The notes beneath the pieces were generated by a model. The model was given only the letters and a program-made list of their open reading frames with translations, was not told the DNA's origin and did not search any database. 64,000 nt of DNA from an uncultured cyanobacterium (GTDB taxonomy: Bacteria > Cyanobacteriota > Cyanobacteriia > Cyanobacteriales > Cyanobacteriaceae), in contig CAVVOP010000021.1 of the NCBI GenBank assembly GCA_963749915.1, positions 448,001 through 512,000 of the forward strand, in the 5' to 3' direction. The position numbers were made by a program, and so were the translations under genes. This document shows positions 40,961 through 51,778 of this stretch, piece by piece. Numbering within the stretch: position 1 is the first letter of the stretch; each line of letters begins with the position of its first letter.

Positions 40961-42988
40961 TTATACGGAAGCTAAAACTTGAGAAGTAACTTTATCAGGT
41001 ACTTGATCTAAATGATCATATTGCCAATTAAAGAATCCTACCCCTAAACTTAGGGATCGCAATTCGATAATAAAATCTTGCATTTCCCCTTGAGGTAGAT
41101 AAGCATTCACCTGATCCCAATTTTTCCAATTGGACATAGTATCATAACCCAAAATTTGTCCTCGATGAGTACTGACCAACTGTAATACTTTAGATGTAAA
41201 TTCAGACGGTACAGATATATCTACTTGCAAAATTGGCTCAAGTAAAATCGGCTCACATTGTACCATCCCCTCCGTCATCGCAATCCGTGCCGCTTGCTTA
41301 AAGGCTTGTTCTGAGCTATCGACGGCATGATACGAACCATCGGTAAGGGTGACATCAATATCTACTACGGGATAGCCCAAAGGTCCTTGTTGTAAATATT
41401 CTCTGACCCCGGTTTCCACCCCTGGAATATACTGTTTAGGTACTACGCCGCCAACAATAGTTTGATGAAATTGGAAGCCCTCCCCACGAGAAAGAGGTTT
41501 TATCTCTAGATAGACATCGCCAAACGCCCCATGACCACCACTTTGATGTTTATAACGCCCGTGAATTTTGATGGATTTACGGATGGTTTCTTTATAAGGA
41601 ATTTTCGGATTTTTGGTAATCATCAATAAGTTATACTTATTTTTAAGCCGTTCGAGGGTGACTTGTAAATGTATTTCGCCCTGTCCCCACAAAATAACTT
41701 CATGAGTATTTTCGTCTTGTTCCCATTTCAAAGAGGGATCTTCTTCTAAAATTTTGGCGATCGCACCAGAAATTTTTACTTCATCTCGGTGATTTTCAGC
41801 GGTAACAGCTTTAGGGTAAACAGGTTCAATAATTTGAGCTTTAGGGAGAGACTTAATTTCTTGACCAGCATTTGTGAGAGTATCCCCTGTTTTTATGCCT
41901 TCTAAACGCCCTAACACTACAATTTGACCGACGCTAGCCGAATTTAGGGATTTTTGTTGACTACCCATTAACTGATAAATACCGCCAACCCTTACCCCGT
42001 TGAGGGTCATGCCATCAGTTAAATTACCTTGCCACACTCGCACTAAAGACAATCTTCCCCCCTGTGCACTATAGTAGGTTTTCAATACTTGGGCAATAAC
42101 AGTGTCCGTATCGGAAGTGAGTTGTTTTAAACCTCGTCTTTCGGCAGTTATCGTTGGTTCTGGTGCTTCTTTTATTAAACTATCTAATAATGGACGCACT
42201 CCATAATCATTTTGGGCAATACCGAAAAATACAGGGACAATCAAATCAGCACTTAAATCTTGTTTTAAATCCCTGATAATTTCTTCCTTAGAAGGCTCAA
42301 TTTCTTCTACTAATTCTTCCAATAAATGATCATCAAAATCTGCCAAAATCTCCAACATCTCTTGCCGTGCTTCGGTTTCCGCCTCTTTCAACTCATGGGG
42401 AAAAGCCACTAAATCCGCCTCGCTACCCTGATGATAATGGTAGGCTTGTTCCGTAATTAAATCGATATAACCGATGATATCTTGAGCTTTTTTGATGGGG
42501 TATTGTTGAGGTACCAGAGGACGACTAGAAACATCTTTGATAGCTTTGAGCACCTCCATGAAACTATCTTGGGATCGATCCATTTTATTGATATATACTA
42601 GGTGAGGGATTTGCCACTCATCCAAAAATTGAAATAAGGGTGCAAGGGTTAAAACTTTATTTACAGAAGGCTCACAGACGATAATAGTGCAACCAGAACC
42701 CACTAAGGCATTATAGGTTTCTTGCATAAATTCTACGGAACCTGGACAATCAAGAAAAGTAAAATTAATGCCCTTATATTCGGTATAAGCAGAGGATACT
42801 TCCACACTCATGTTACGGTTTTTTGCCTCTGGGGAACTATCACTGACGGTATTACCGTCATTTACATTACCTTTGCGATTTATCGCACCTGAAACGAATA
42901 ATAAACTCTCTAACAAAGTCGTTTTTCCAGTAGAATAAGGACCAACGATCGCTATATTTCTCATAGATATACTAGTATTTTGATTCAT
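40961..42988 (-). CDS. Elongation factor G paralog (EF-G2-like)
   Basis: GPYSTGKTT, DCPG, NKMD, GQGEIHL, HQSGGHG, DGSYHAVDSSE. Confidence 0.9.
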   Translation of the reverse strand: MNQNTSISMRNIAIVGPYSTGKTTLLESLLFVSGAINRKGNVNDGNTVSDSSPEAKNRNMSVEVSSAYTEYKGINFTFLDCPGSVEFMQETYNALVGSGCTIIVCEPSVNKVLTLAPLFQFLDEWQIPHLVYINKMDRSQDSFMEVLKAIKDVSSRPLVPQQYPIKKAQDIIGYIDLITEQAYHYHQGSEADLVAFPHELKEAETEARQEMLEILADFDDHLLEELVEEIEPSKEEIIRDLKQDLSADLIVPVFFGIAQNDYGVRPLLDSLIKEAPEPTITAERRGLKQLTSDTDTVIAQVLKTYYSAQGGRLSLVRVWQGNLTDGMTLNGVRVGGIYQLMGSQQKSLNSASVGQIVVLGRLEGIKTGDTLTNAGQEIKSLPKAQIIEPVYPKAVTAENHRDEVKISGAIAKILEEDPSLKWEQDENTHEVILWGQGEIHLQVTLERLKNKYNLLMITKNPKIPYKETIRKSIKIHGRYKHQSGGHGAFGDVYLEIKPLSRGEGFQFHQTIVGGVVPKQYIPGVETGVREYLQQGPLGYPVVDIDVTLTDGSYHAVDSSEQAFKQAARIAMTEGMVQCEPILLEPILQVDISVPSEFTSKVLQLVSTHRGQILGYDTMSNWKNWDQVNAYLPQGEMQDFIIELRSLSLGVGFFNWQYDHLDQVPDKVTSQVLASV

Positions 42989-43384
42989 AATTTCTGCTCC
43001 TAATGTGAGGGTAATTTTCAGATTAACTAATTAGGTTTTAATCCTAGAATCTTCGATTAATCAGAGTTTTGATAAAATTGGCTATATTTTCACACTAACT
43101 TATTTCTGACTTTTAGAGGTAGATAATGTTATTTATCTTAAATATTAATCAAATTGTAAAGTTTTAATTTTAATTATGAATTTTTTTTACCTAATTTTAA
43201 CAAAAATAATTAATTAACTATCAACTATCAACTATTTTTGTTTGTCACGTTACATTTAGTTTGATCATAGTTAGGGATAATATTATAGGGGTTGTGGAAA
43301 GCAGCAGGTATTTCTGTATTTTGGGACTATAACCCGAACTAATTTGTAATTGATTATCGATGAATAAACACTTGAGTAAGAAAA

Positions 43385-45082
43385 ATGAAACCATTGATTA
43401 TTGTTTCTGCATTAGGCTATACGGGATACAAAATTTATAATTTATTAAAGCTACAAGATGCCAATGTTGTTGGCATCAGCGATCGCCCTATGATCACTCA
43501 AGTTGATGATAAAATTATTGTCGGCGATTTACGCTCACCTCAAGTATTAATGGAAGCGGGAATAAAACAAGCCTGTACTATTGTGTTAGCTAGTAGCGAT
43601 GATGCCTTGAATGTGGCCATTTTGACTCAAGCAAGAATTCTCAACCCAAAAATTCGCATCGTTAATCGTCTCTATAATCATACCCTCGGGACAAGGTTAG
43701 ATCATACTTTGCCGGATCACTTTACCATGAGTGTTCCTTCCTTAGCCGCCCCTATTTTTGCCTTTGCCGCTTTAGGAAATCAAGCCATTGGCCATTTGAA
43801 ATTATTTGAACAGACATGGGCGTTGCATGAAGAAGTTATTACCGGAGAACATCCCTGGTGTGGGTTAAGTTTGGCCCGATTGTGGGATAACCTTGACCAG
43901 ATGTTGATTTATTATCTACCAAAAAATGGCGAAATGGACCTTGTTTCCGCAGTGGTGAAGGATCAAACCTTAGAATTAGGAGATCATCTAATCTTAGCCA
44001 ATAAAGCCAAAATTAACCCTAAACGTCCTTTTTTCTTGTCTCAATGGTTTAAAGCCTTTTTCAATGTCGGCACTTATAAGCAATATGCACAGTCCATAAT
44101 TATGGTGACATTAACCCTGTTAACCCTAATTTTCTTAGCGACATTTACTTATTTATGTGTCAATTGGGAAATTTCTCCAGTGGATGCCCTTTATTTTAGC
44201 GTGGGTATGATTACTGGTGCTGGGGGGAAAGAAGAAGTAGCGGAGTCCGCACCCGGTATAATTAAAGTTTTCACGGCGATTATGATGATTGTCGGTGCCG
44301 GAATTGTCGGTATTTGTTACGCTTTAATCAATGATTTCGTCCTAGGCAGTCGCTTAAAACAATTTTGGGATGCTGCTAGAGTGCCAACCAAAAATCATTA
44401 TCTCGTCTGTGGTTTGGGTAATGTGGGCATGGAAATTGTCAGGGAACTGCATCAACAAGGCCATGAAATTGTTGTTATTGAACCTGATCAGAATAACCGA
44501 TTTTTGCACTCAGTGCGATCGCTGGGTATTCCCGTCATTGTGGAGGATGCCTCTTTAGCAGATACTTTACAAGCGGCAAATATCGAAGGGGCCAACTCTA
44601 TTATCGTCGTGACGAGCAATGATATGATTAATGTAGAAATCGCCTTAACAGTCAAAGCCTTAGTGCCGAAAATCCCTGTTATTTTAAGAGTACAAGATAA
44701 TCAATTTGCTGAATCTGTCAAAGAAGTATTTCAATTTGAAAATGTTTTATCACCCACCGAACTAGCTACTCATTCCTTTGCGGCGGCGGCATTGGGGGGA
44801 AGAATTTTAGGGAACGGTATGACCGATGACTTATTATGGGTATCACTAGCAACAATGATCACTCCCAATCATCCGTTTTGTGAAAAAATTGTCAAAGAAA
44901 TTGCCACAGAGGCAGATTTTGTACCTCTTTACATATCGAGGGGAATGGATAACATTCACAGTTGGAATTTACTCAACACTAAACTAATGAATAACGATGT
45001 CTTATATTTAACCATGCCTGCTACGAAATTAGAGCAACTTTGGCGAGTTTCCCCTTCTTCTCCTTTACTAATTTCTCGTTAA
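43385..45082 (+). CDS. TrkA/RCK-domain potassium channel protein
   Basis: Two TrkA-N folds (CGLGNVG) flanking the DALYFSVGMITGAG pore region. Confidence 0.85.
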   Translation: MKPLIIVSALGYTGYKIYNLLKLQDANVVGISDRPMITQVDDKIIVGDLRSPQVLMEAGIKQACTIVLASSDDALNVAILTQARILNPKIRIVNRLYNHTLGTRLDHTLPDHFTMSVPSLAAPIFAFAALGNQAIGHLKLFEQTWALHEEVITGEHPWCGLSLARLWDNLDQMLIYYLPKNGEMDLVSAVVKDQTLELGDHLILANKAKINPKRPFFLSQWFKAFFNVGTYKQYAQSIIMVTLTLLTLIFLATFTYLCVNWEISPVDALYFSVGMITGAGGKEEVAESAPGIIKVFTAIMMIVGAGIVGICYALINDFVLGSRLKQFWDAARVPTKNHYLVCGLGNVGMEIVRELHQQGHEIVVIEPDQNNRFLHSVRSLGIPVIVEDASLADTLQAANIEGANSIIVVTSNDMINVEIALTVKALVPKIPVILRVQDNQFAESVKEVFQFENVLSPTELATHSFAAAALGGRILGNGMTDDLLWVSLATMITPNHPFCEKIVKEIATEADFVPLYISRGMDNIHSWNLLNTKLMNNDVLYLTMPATKLEQLWRVSPSSPLLISR

Positions 45083-45149
45083 TGTTATAGAACTGTCAAC
45101 AGGTGCTAACATTGAGGTTGTTATTTTGTTAATTATTCACTGAAAAAAA

Positions 45150-46016
45150 GTGTTACCTCGTCATTACCTTTTCTCTATCCTTGCTTGTCTCAGTATTTTT
45201 TCTTTTACCCCTAGTATTAAAGCTCAAGCCTTATTACCCTATACTCCTGAATTAAACGCCGAATTTTTAGATTCTTATGGATCTCAATTATTGCAAGATG
45301 CTGTTCAGTTAATGCGTTTTCGAGAATTTGAACTGGCTTTATCAAGGGCAAAATTAGCGGTACAATTATCTCCTAATCATTATGAGCCTTGGTTTATTTT
45401 GGGGACGTTAAATATTCAAGCTGGAGAGATAGAAGCTGGAGTCAAGGCTTTACAAGAAGCCAAAAGATTAGCCCCTGAAGATTCAAGTGTACTCTTTTCT
45501 CTGGGTAATTCCTATTTTCAGTTAGGAGATTATGATTTGGCGGTGAAAGAGTTACAGGCAGGTTTGAAAATAAATACGGAAATGCCGCAAGCCTATTTTG
45601 ATTTAGGGAATGCTTATTTTAAATTAACGAAATATTCAGAAGCCATCGCCTCTTATCAAAAAGCGGTTAAATTAGAAAAAGAATTTTGGCCAGCCATCAA
45701 TAATATCGGTTTAGTTGAGTACGAAAAAGGTCAAGTTGATAAGGCGATTGAATCATGGCGTCAAGCCCTAACTGTTGAGAAAAATCAGGCTGAACCAACA
45801 TTGGCGATAGCCGTGGGATTATATAGACAAGGGAAAAAACCGGAAGCCATCCAATTAGGGAAAGAAGCCTTGAAAATTGATAATAGTTACGGAAATTTGG
45901 AATATTTAAAAGAAAATCTTTGGGGAGAAAAATTATTAGCTGATACCACTAAATTTTTCCTAGATCCCGCTATTGCACCGTTAGTAGGGAAAAAACCATC
46001 CCTTCCCTCAGAATAA
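45150..46016 (+). CDS. Secreted TPR protein
   Basis: Signal peptide and LGNSY/LGNAY/IGLVEY TPR repeats. Confidence 0.85.
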   Translation: MLPRHYLFSILACLSIFSFTPSIKAQALLPYTPELNAEFLDSYGSQLLQDAVQLMRFREFELALSRAKLAVQLSPNHYEPWFILGTLNIQAGEIEAGVKALQEAKRLAPEDSSVLFSLGNSYFQLGDYDLAVKELQAGLKINTEMPQAYFDLGNAYFKLTKYSEAIASYQKAVKLEKEFWPAINNIGLVEYEKGQVDKAIESWRQALTVEKNQAEPTLAIAVGLYRQGKKPEAIQLGKEALKIDNSYGNLEYLKENLWGEKLLADTTKFFLDPAIAPLVGKKPSLPSE

Positions 46017-46413
46017 AATCATCGTTTTACATTGCAACAGTTTGATATCTAACTCATTCTTATACCTGTTAAATTCTCATCAACACAGGCAATAAGAACT
46101 GATTTTTGCCCTTATGGTTGGTTATAACTTAATTATTGATACTCACTCTTTTTAAGGGTGGTTTTTGGCGAAGTTTTTTGTAAATGGTTCTAAAGATGAT
46201 AAACTGAGAACTTATAATAAATCTGACGATGCACAGATCACTTACAGCCGTTTTCAGATTCATCAATAATAGTGACAATTGTGAGCTTTTTGCCGAACTT
46301 GTAGATTTTATTCTATAATTTTTGTGGCAAATTAACATAACTAATTTTTAAATTATTTTATTCATCCACTTCTCGAATACTAATTATTAGCAATTAATCT
46401 TAGTTTATATAAT

Positions 46414-49400
46414 ATGTCAACTTTACATGGTAGCTTTTTAATAAAAAATGAACGAAAATATTTTTTTATTTGGAGTGAAGAATGGAAACAATTAGAGAGG
46501 GAAAAATATGATTTAGAAGCTGAATATTTATATCTTTATCCTTTTTTACTTGATCAACCTACAATTTTATATTCTTTTTTAGAAAAATATAGTTACGCTG
46601 GTTCTTTACAAGATTATAAAGATAATTTAGATAAAATTTGGCAATGGGAAATGGTGTTATTTCCCTCTCAAAAAAAACCTAAATCTAAAACAGTTATTCC
46701 CCTTTTATATGAACAATTTATGGGTATTAGTAACAAGTTGAGTACTGTTATTTTGTACCCTTGGGAAATAGGAGGTTTTAAATTAGACATTTTTCAATTG
46801 TTAGATTTTTTACCTAAATTACCTTTAGGTAAAGTTAGTTATATCGGATCAGACCTGCGTTTTTGGAGTCATATTTATCGCTGGAGTTTAGACTTAATTT
46901 GTCGGCAGAAATTTTTGCCCTGTATTGATGAAAAAAATAAAACTTTTTGGCAACCATTACTAGATAGTAACATCGATCAAAGCAGACTGGCTCATTTCAT
47001 CCAATCAATGCCTTCTCTGTGTCGTTGTTATGTAGAATCAGAAGATGATCCGATTATTCCACAACAAGAATTAATACTGGATTTTTTAGGCACAATTTTG
47101 GATGCACAAGTAAGAGAACTTTTAAACAATTATTCCCCTATTCCGAATAATGATTTAATGATTCAGCCATGGTTAGAATCCCTAAATAGTAAGGAAAGTT
47201 TTACTTCCAAATTATCCTCATTAGATGGTAAAAGATTAAAAATGGCTTTTGACAATTGGACCTTACCCATTCAAGATAATTTAATAACTTCTGATTATCA
47301 ATTACTAACAAAACAGTATCGAATTTGCTTTAAATTACAACCTCCCATTAGTCAAAATCAAACAGATAATTATGATAATTGGAAATTAAATTATTATTTA
47401 CAAGCATTGGATAATCCTGATTTTTTATTACCCACTGAACAAATTTGGACACACCCTTATCCCGAACTAGATATCGACGATCGCACCATTGAAAATCCCC
47501 AAGAAATTATCTTAAAAGGTTTAGGATTAGCCAGTCGATTTTATCAACCTATTGCTAGAAGTTTAGAGGAATCTATGCCTAATTTTTGCACTTTAAATGC
47601 CATTGAAGCCTACCAATTTATTCGTAGTATCGTTTGGCAATTACAAGACAATGGTTTAGGAGTAATTTTACCCGATGGTTTAGCTAGTGGCGTTGATGAG
47701 AAACGGTTGGGAGTAAAAATTGAAGCCAAGGTTAACCAGAAAAAAGGTGAAAGATTAAACTTAAATAGTCTGCTGAATTATAATTTAAAAGTCGCCGTTG
47801 GGGATAAAACCTTAACAAAAAAAGAGTTTCAAAATTTATTAGCCCAAAAATCTCCTATTGTGGAAATAGATGGACAATGGTTAGCCTTACAACCCGCCGA
47901 TGTTAAGGCCGCTGAAGATATTTTAAATCAAGCGGAAAATAATATTAATTTAACAGTAGAAGATGCCTTAAGATTAAGTAGTGGTAATGCAGAAACCATC
48001 GCTAAGTTGCCTGTTATTGCCTTTGAAAGTAGTGGTGCTTTAGCCGATTTAATTAACAGTATTAATGATAATCAAAAAATTGAAGTTTTACCTACTCCTA
48101 AACATTTTAAAGGTACTTTACGTGCTTATCAACAAGTTGGATTTAGTTGGTTATATTTTCTAGAAAAATGGAATTTAGGGGCATGTTTAGCGGACGATAT
48201 GGGTTTAGGAAAAACTATACAATTAATCGCTTTTTTATTAACCTTAAAAGAACAAAAATTATTAAACAAACCTAGTCTTATTGTTTGTCCTACTTCAGTA
48301 CTAAATAATTGGGAAAGAGAAATTCAAAAATTTGCACCATCATTAAAAGTAATTATCCATCACGGAGAACAAAGAAGTAAAGAAAAAGTATTTCTAAAAG
48401 AAGCTCAAAAAGTTGATGTTATTATTACCAGTTTTGCTCTAATTTATCGTGATTTTGACACTTTAAATATGATAGAATGGCGGGGAGTTATTCTTGATGA
48501 GGCTCAAAATATTAAAAATCCCCAAGCTAAACAAACCCAAGCCGTACAAGAGTTGAAAACAGAATTTAGAATCGCTTTAACTGGTACTCCCGTCGAAAAT
48601 CGTCTATCAGAATTGTGGTCAGTTTTAGAATTTTTAAATCCAGGTTATTTAGGTACACAACAGTTTTTTCAACGACGTTTTACCATACCCATCGAACAAT
48701 ATGGAGATCAACATTCTTTACAAACTTTACGATCTTTGGTACAACCTTTTATCTTACGGCGTTTAAAAACAGACAAAAATATTATTCAAGATTTACCAGA
48801 AAAACAGGAGATGAATGTTTATTGTGGCTTATCGTCTGAACAAGCTCAAATATATCAAAATTTAGTAGAAGAATCTTTGGTAAAAATTAACGAAAGTAAC
48901 GGTATTAAACGTCATGGATTAGTCTTAACTTTATTGATGAAATTAAAGCAGGTTTGCAATCATCCTGCCCATTTGCTAAAGGAAGAAACGCTAGATTTTT
49001 CTCCCAGATCCGGTAAATTGTTGCGATTAGAAGAGATGTTAGAAGAAGTTGTGGACGAGGGCGATCGTAGTCTAATATTTACACAATTTACAGAATGGGG
49101 AAATCTATTGCAACCTTATTTAAAGCAAAAACTAGGGGTTGAAGTACTATTTTTATCGGGGAGTACCAAAAGAGAAAAACGTCAAGAAATGGTCGATCGT
49201 TTTCAAAATGATCCCCAGGGACCACCCATTTTTATACTATCTTTAAAAGCAGGGGGAACAGGTTTAAATTTGACAAAAGCAAACCATGTTTTTCACTATG
49301 ATAGATGGTGGAATCCTGCGGTAGAAAACCAAGCAACAGATCGAGCTTTTCGCATAGGACAAAAACAAAATGTACAAGTGCATAAATTTGTCTGTAGTGG

Positions 49401-49548
49401 TACATTAGAAGAAAAAATTAACGATATTTTAGAAAGTAAAAAACTACTAGCGGAACAGATAATTAATACCGGAGAAGACTGGCTAACGGATTTAGATACA
49501 GATAAATTAAGAAATTTATTAGTCTTAGAAAGAAATGCTGTGTTATAA
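46414..49548 (+). CDS. SNF2/SWI2 family helicase
   Basis: LADDMGLGKT, DEAQ, LTGTPVEN, DRWWNPAVENQATDRAFRIGQ. Confidence 0.95.
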   Translation: MSTLHGSFLIKNERKYFFIWSEEWKQLEREKYDLEAEYLYLYPFLLDQPTILYSFLEKYSYAGSLQDYKDNLDKIWQWEMVLFPSQKKPKSKTVIPLLYEQFMGISNKLSTVILYPWEIGGFKLDIFQLLDFLPKLPLGKVSYIGSDLRFWSHIYRWSLDLICRQKFLPCIDEKNKTFWQPLLDSNIDQSRLAHFIQSMPSLCRCYVESEDDPIIPQQELILDFLGTILDAQVRELLNNYSPIPNNDLMIQPWLESLNSKESFTSKLSSLDGKRLKMAFDNWTLPIQDNLITSDYQLLTKQYRICFKLQPPISQNQTDNYDNWKLNYYLQALDNPDFLLPTEQIWTHPYPELDIDDRTIENPQEIILKGLGLASRFYQPIARSLEESMPNFCTLNAIEAYQFIRSIVWQLQDNGLGVILPDGLASGVDEKRLGVKIEAKVNQKKGERLNLNSLLNYNLKVAVGDKTLTKKEFQNLLAQKSPIVEIDGQWLALQPADVKAAEDILNQAENNINLTVEDALRLSSGNAETIAKLPVIAFESSGALADLINSINDNQKIEVLPTPKHFKGTLRAYQQVGFSWLYFLEKWNLGACLADDMGLGKTIQLIAFLLTLKEQKLLNKPSLIVCPTSVLNNWEREIQKFAPSLKVIIHHGEQRSKEKVFLKEAQKVDVIITSFALIYRDFDTLNMIEWRGVILDEAQNIKNPQAKQTQAVQELKTEFRIALTGTPVENRLSELWSVLEFLNPGYLGTQQFFQRRFTIPIEQYGDQHSLQTLRSLVQPFILRRLKTDKNIIQDLPEKQEMNVYCGLSSEQAQIYQNLVEESLVKINESNGIKRHGLVLTLLMKLKQVCNHPAHLLKEETLDFSPRSGKLLRLEEMLEEVVDEGDRSLIFTQFTEWGNLLQPYLKQKLGVEVLFLSGSTKREKRQEMVDRFQNDPQGPPIFILSLKAGGTGLNLTKANHVFHYDRWWNPAVENQATDRAFRIGQKQNVQVHKFVCSGTLEEKINDILESKKLLAEQIINTGEDWLTDLDTDKLRNLLVLERNAVL

Positions 49549-49608
49549 AACTTTAGGGTAACTGTGCTAATAATTCATCAAAAATATGTTATGATGTCTG
49601 GTGGTTAA

Positions 49609-49682
49609 CGGGATGTAGCGCAGCTTGGTAGCGCACTTCGTTCGGGACGAAGGGGCCGCAGGTTCAAATCCTGTCATCCCGA
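49609..49682 (+). tRNA. tRNA-Pro(CGG), CCA not encoded
   Basis: Acceptor CGGGATG/CATCCCG, anticodon arm CTTCG-TTCGGGA-CGAAG, T-loop GGTTCAAATCC. Confidence 0.96.
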
Positions 49683-49708
49683 TTCTAATCAAACCTGTTG
49701 TACATTAT

Positions 49709-49835
49709 CAAAATCGAGGTAAATTAATCTTAGATGCAAGTTGTCCGCCAAGACAAAGAAGACCAAGAAAAGAAACCAGTAGAATTTGGGGGTAAAATAA
49801 GTGCCAGTATTTATGAAAATTTTGTCTTTTTAGAT
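49709..49835 (+). pseudogene. IS5-family transposase fragments
   Basis: NRGKLILDASCPP joined out of frame to KPVEFGGKISAS..FVFLD. Confidence 0.7.
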
Positions 49836-49836
49836 A

Positions 49837-50246
49837 ACTGACGTTACGCAAAGAGTCATAAATCAGGTTAAAATGACAAAATGAAACAACAACTCAAAGA
49901 ACCCTATAGTGATTATCTAATTAGTTCTTTCAATCAAGTGACTGCCACAGGCTTATCATCAGCATTGAAAGGAAATGTCAGCCATGATCAGGTGACAAGG
50001 TTTTTGTCCGGAGAAGAGATGACAAACAAACAACAAAATCGAATACTGGTTTAGCTAAATCACCAACAAAGTGTATTAAAACTCAGTGTAATCATATTTT
50101 TATGTCAATATATGCAGCGTTTCAATTAGAATGCCTAAAGATCAAGCATAAGGTCAATCATTTTGCTCTTCGGAGTCGTATTTACATTAAGGCACTCCAA
50201 GAAGCTATGACAGAGTTACAGTTGCTCAAGGCTGCGTAACATCAGT
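49837..50246 (+). mobile_element. Internally deleted IS701-family element (MITE-like)
   Basis: Terminal IRs ACTGACGTTACGCA and TGCGTAACATCAGT (13/14); N-terminus YSDYLISSF..TATGLS..SHDQVTRFL and C-terminus LAKSPTK..TQCNHIF..NHFALR. Confidence 0.82.
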
Positions 50247-50302
50247 GAATAAGCTGAAAAATAAACAAGGTGCGTTACACTTCATTAACGTACCCTACAA
50301 GA

Positions 50303-50395
50303 TATGACTATTTGGTATGTTACCCAGAAAGTTTCGTCTTTTTATCCTGTAAGGATTGACTATCAGGAAAGTTTCCGCATAATACATAGTTAGCC
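50303..50395 (+). other. attI-like integron platform, copy A
   Basis: GAAAGTTTC boxes at 50327 and 50367; core GTTAGCC at 50389; homologous to 53191-53355. Confidence 0.72.
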
Positions 50396-50411
50396 TTAAA
50401 GGAACAAACAC

Positions 50412-51236
50412 ATGTCCCAAGATATCCCGGTACGTGAACCATTCCGAGTGCCCTTTCGTTCATTCACCCCGTTTCTGCTGATCTCGTTTGGATTGGCTTG
50501 GGGTATCCTTGGAATGTACATCCTTCTTCCAGAACGAATGGGAGCGGTGTTCGGGCAACTCACCGGCAATCACCCGCTTTTCTTCCTAGCCGTATACGCG
50601 CCTGCTATCGCAGCCTTCACTCTAGTTGTCCGCTACGGCGGATTTACAGGCCTGCGGCGCTTCTTCGGGCGTGTGTTGCTCTGGCGCTGCAGTGCTGCCT
50701 GGTACGCTTTTCTGATCATTGGCATACCTTTGATCTTCATCTGCGGTTCCTGGCTCAGGGGAAACCTTTTCACTGAACCCTTTCCATTCCCGTCCTTTCA
50801 GTCTTTGGTCGCGGCGTTGGTCCTTGCCGCAATCAAAGGCCCGATGGAAGAGTTTGGCTGGAGGGGGCTCGCACTTCCTCTTCTTCAAAGAAAGTTCGCT
50901 CCGCTCTGGGCCGGACTGATTCTTGGAGCCATCTGGGCACTTTGGCATTTGCCGGCCTTCCTGTTGAGCGGAACCCAGCAGAGCGAGTGGTCATTCACCG
51001 CGTTCTTTGCTGGATGCCTGGCGATAAGCGTCATCGTAACGGCACTGTTCAATGAGTCGAAAGGCAGCATTTTGCTGTCGGCGTTTTTCCACTTCTCACT
51101 CATGAATCCTATCTTTCCTGACGCCCAGCCCTATGACACATACCTGTTGATCGTTGTTGCTGTCCTGATCGTCTGGCGGAAACGTAATAATATGTTAAAA
51201 AGACAAGGTGCTGTAGTGGAAGTAATTTCGCATTGA
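50412..51236 (+). CDS. CPBP (CAAX/Abi) intramembrane metalloprotease, cassette gene
   Basis: EEFGWRG, WALWHLP, SILLSAFFH; visibly GC-richer. Confidence 0.9.
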   Translation: MSQDIPVREPFRVPFRSFTPFLLISFGLAWGILGMYILLPERMGAVFGQLTGNHPLFFLAVYAPAIAAFTLVVRYGGFTGLRRFFGRVLLWRCSAAWYAFLIIGIPLIFICGSWLRGNLFTEPFPFPSFQSLVAALVLAAIKGPMEEFGWRGLALPLLQRKFAPLWAGLILGAIWALWHLPAFLLSGTQQSEWSFTAFFAGCLAISVIVTALFNESKGSILLSAFFHFSLMNPIFPDAQPYDTYLLIVVAVLIVWRKRNNMLKRQGAVVEVISH

Positions 51237-51248
51237 AAGGCAGCCGAT

Positions 51249-51267
51249 GGCTAAATCGACGTTAGCT
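51249..51267 (+). other. Collapsed attC (core boxes only)
   Basis: GGCTAAA-TCGAC-GTTAGCT. Confidence 0.55.
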
Positions 51268-51277
51268 ATTTATTCAA

Positions 51278-51682
51278 ATGAAAACTAATATGAATGCTTT
51301 GTTCGCAAAAGCTATAGCAATTTGGTTATTAATTGCAGCAGGAGAAATATTGAATGGAAATTTCCGTGTCAGATTCCTGCATAGAAGATATGGAATAAAT
51401 CGTGCCAAGAAAATTAGTTTCTTCACGGGGATCACAATAATCTATACGATATGCTGGTATACGCTACCCTGGGTCAATCCCGCAAACTTGCAAGACTGTT
51501 TCCTGATAGGTCTGATCTGGATGCTCTTAATGCTTTGCGTTGATATTTACTTTGGAAGGTACGTATTCCGTGTCAAATGGATTAAGATATTAGAGGACTT
51601 CGATCTAAGAAAGGGTAACCTGCTTGGTATAGGCATGGGATTGTTATTTTTCTGTCCGACTATCGTATATCTACTGACTTGA
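51278..51682 (+). CDS. Hypothetical membrane protein, cassette gene
   Basis: Hydrophobic ORF between GTTAGCT (51261) and attC (51716). Confidence 0.75.
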   Translation: MKTNMNALFAKAIAIWLLIAAGEILNGNFRVRFLHRRYGINRAKKISFFTGITIIYTICWYTLPWVNPANLQDCFLIGLIWMLLMLCVDIYFGRYVFRVKWIKILEDFDLRKGNLLGIGMGLLFFCPTIVYLLT

Positions 51683-51715
51683 AACAATACCGGCTCCTAA
51701 TAAGTGAGACCAAAA

Positions 51716-51775
51716 GGCTAACAAGGCTAATACAGCCGACGCAAAAAGGCGCGCGGCTGATTAGCGGCGTTAGCT
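51716..51775 (+). other. attC recombination site (60 bp)
   Basis: GGCTAAC-AAG-GCTAAT(A)CAGCCG...CGGCTGATTAGC-GGC-GTTAGCT: R''/R' and L''/L' boxes with one extrahelical base. Confidence 0.9.
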
Positions 51776-51778
51776 TGA

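Noticed and set aside
50372..50399. dif-like site (TTTCCGCATAA-TACATA-...)
   Set aside because: The left arm resembles a XerC half-site, but no XerD arm (TTATGTTAAAT) follows; the cassette context favours attI
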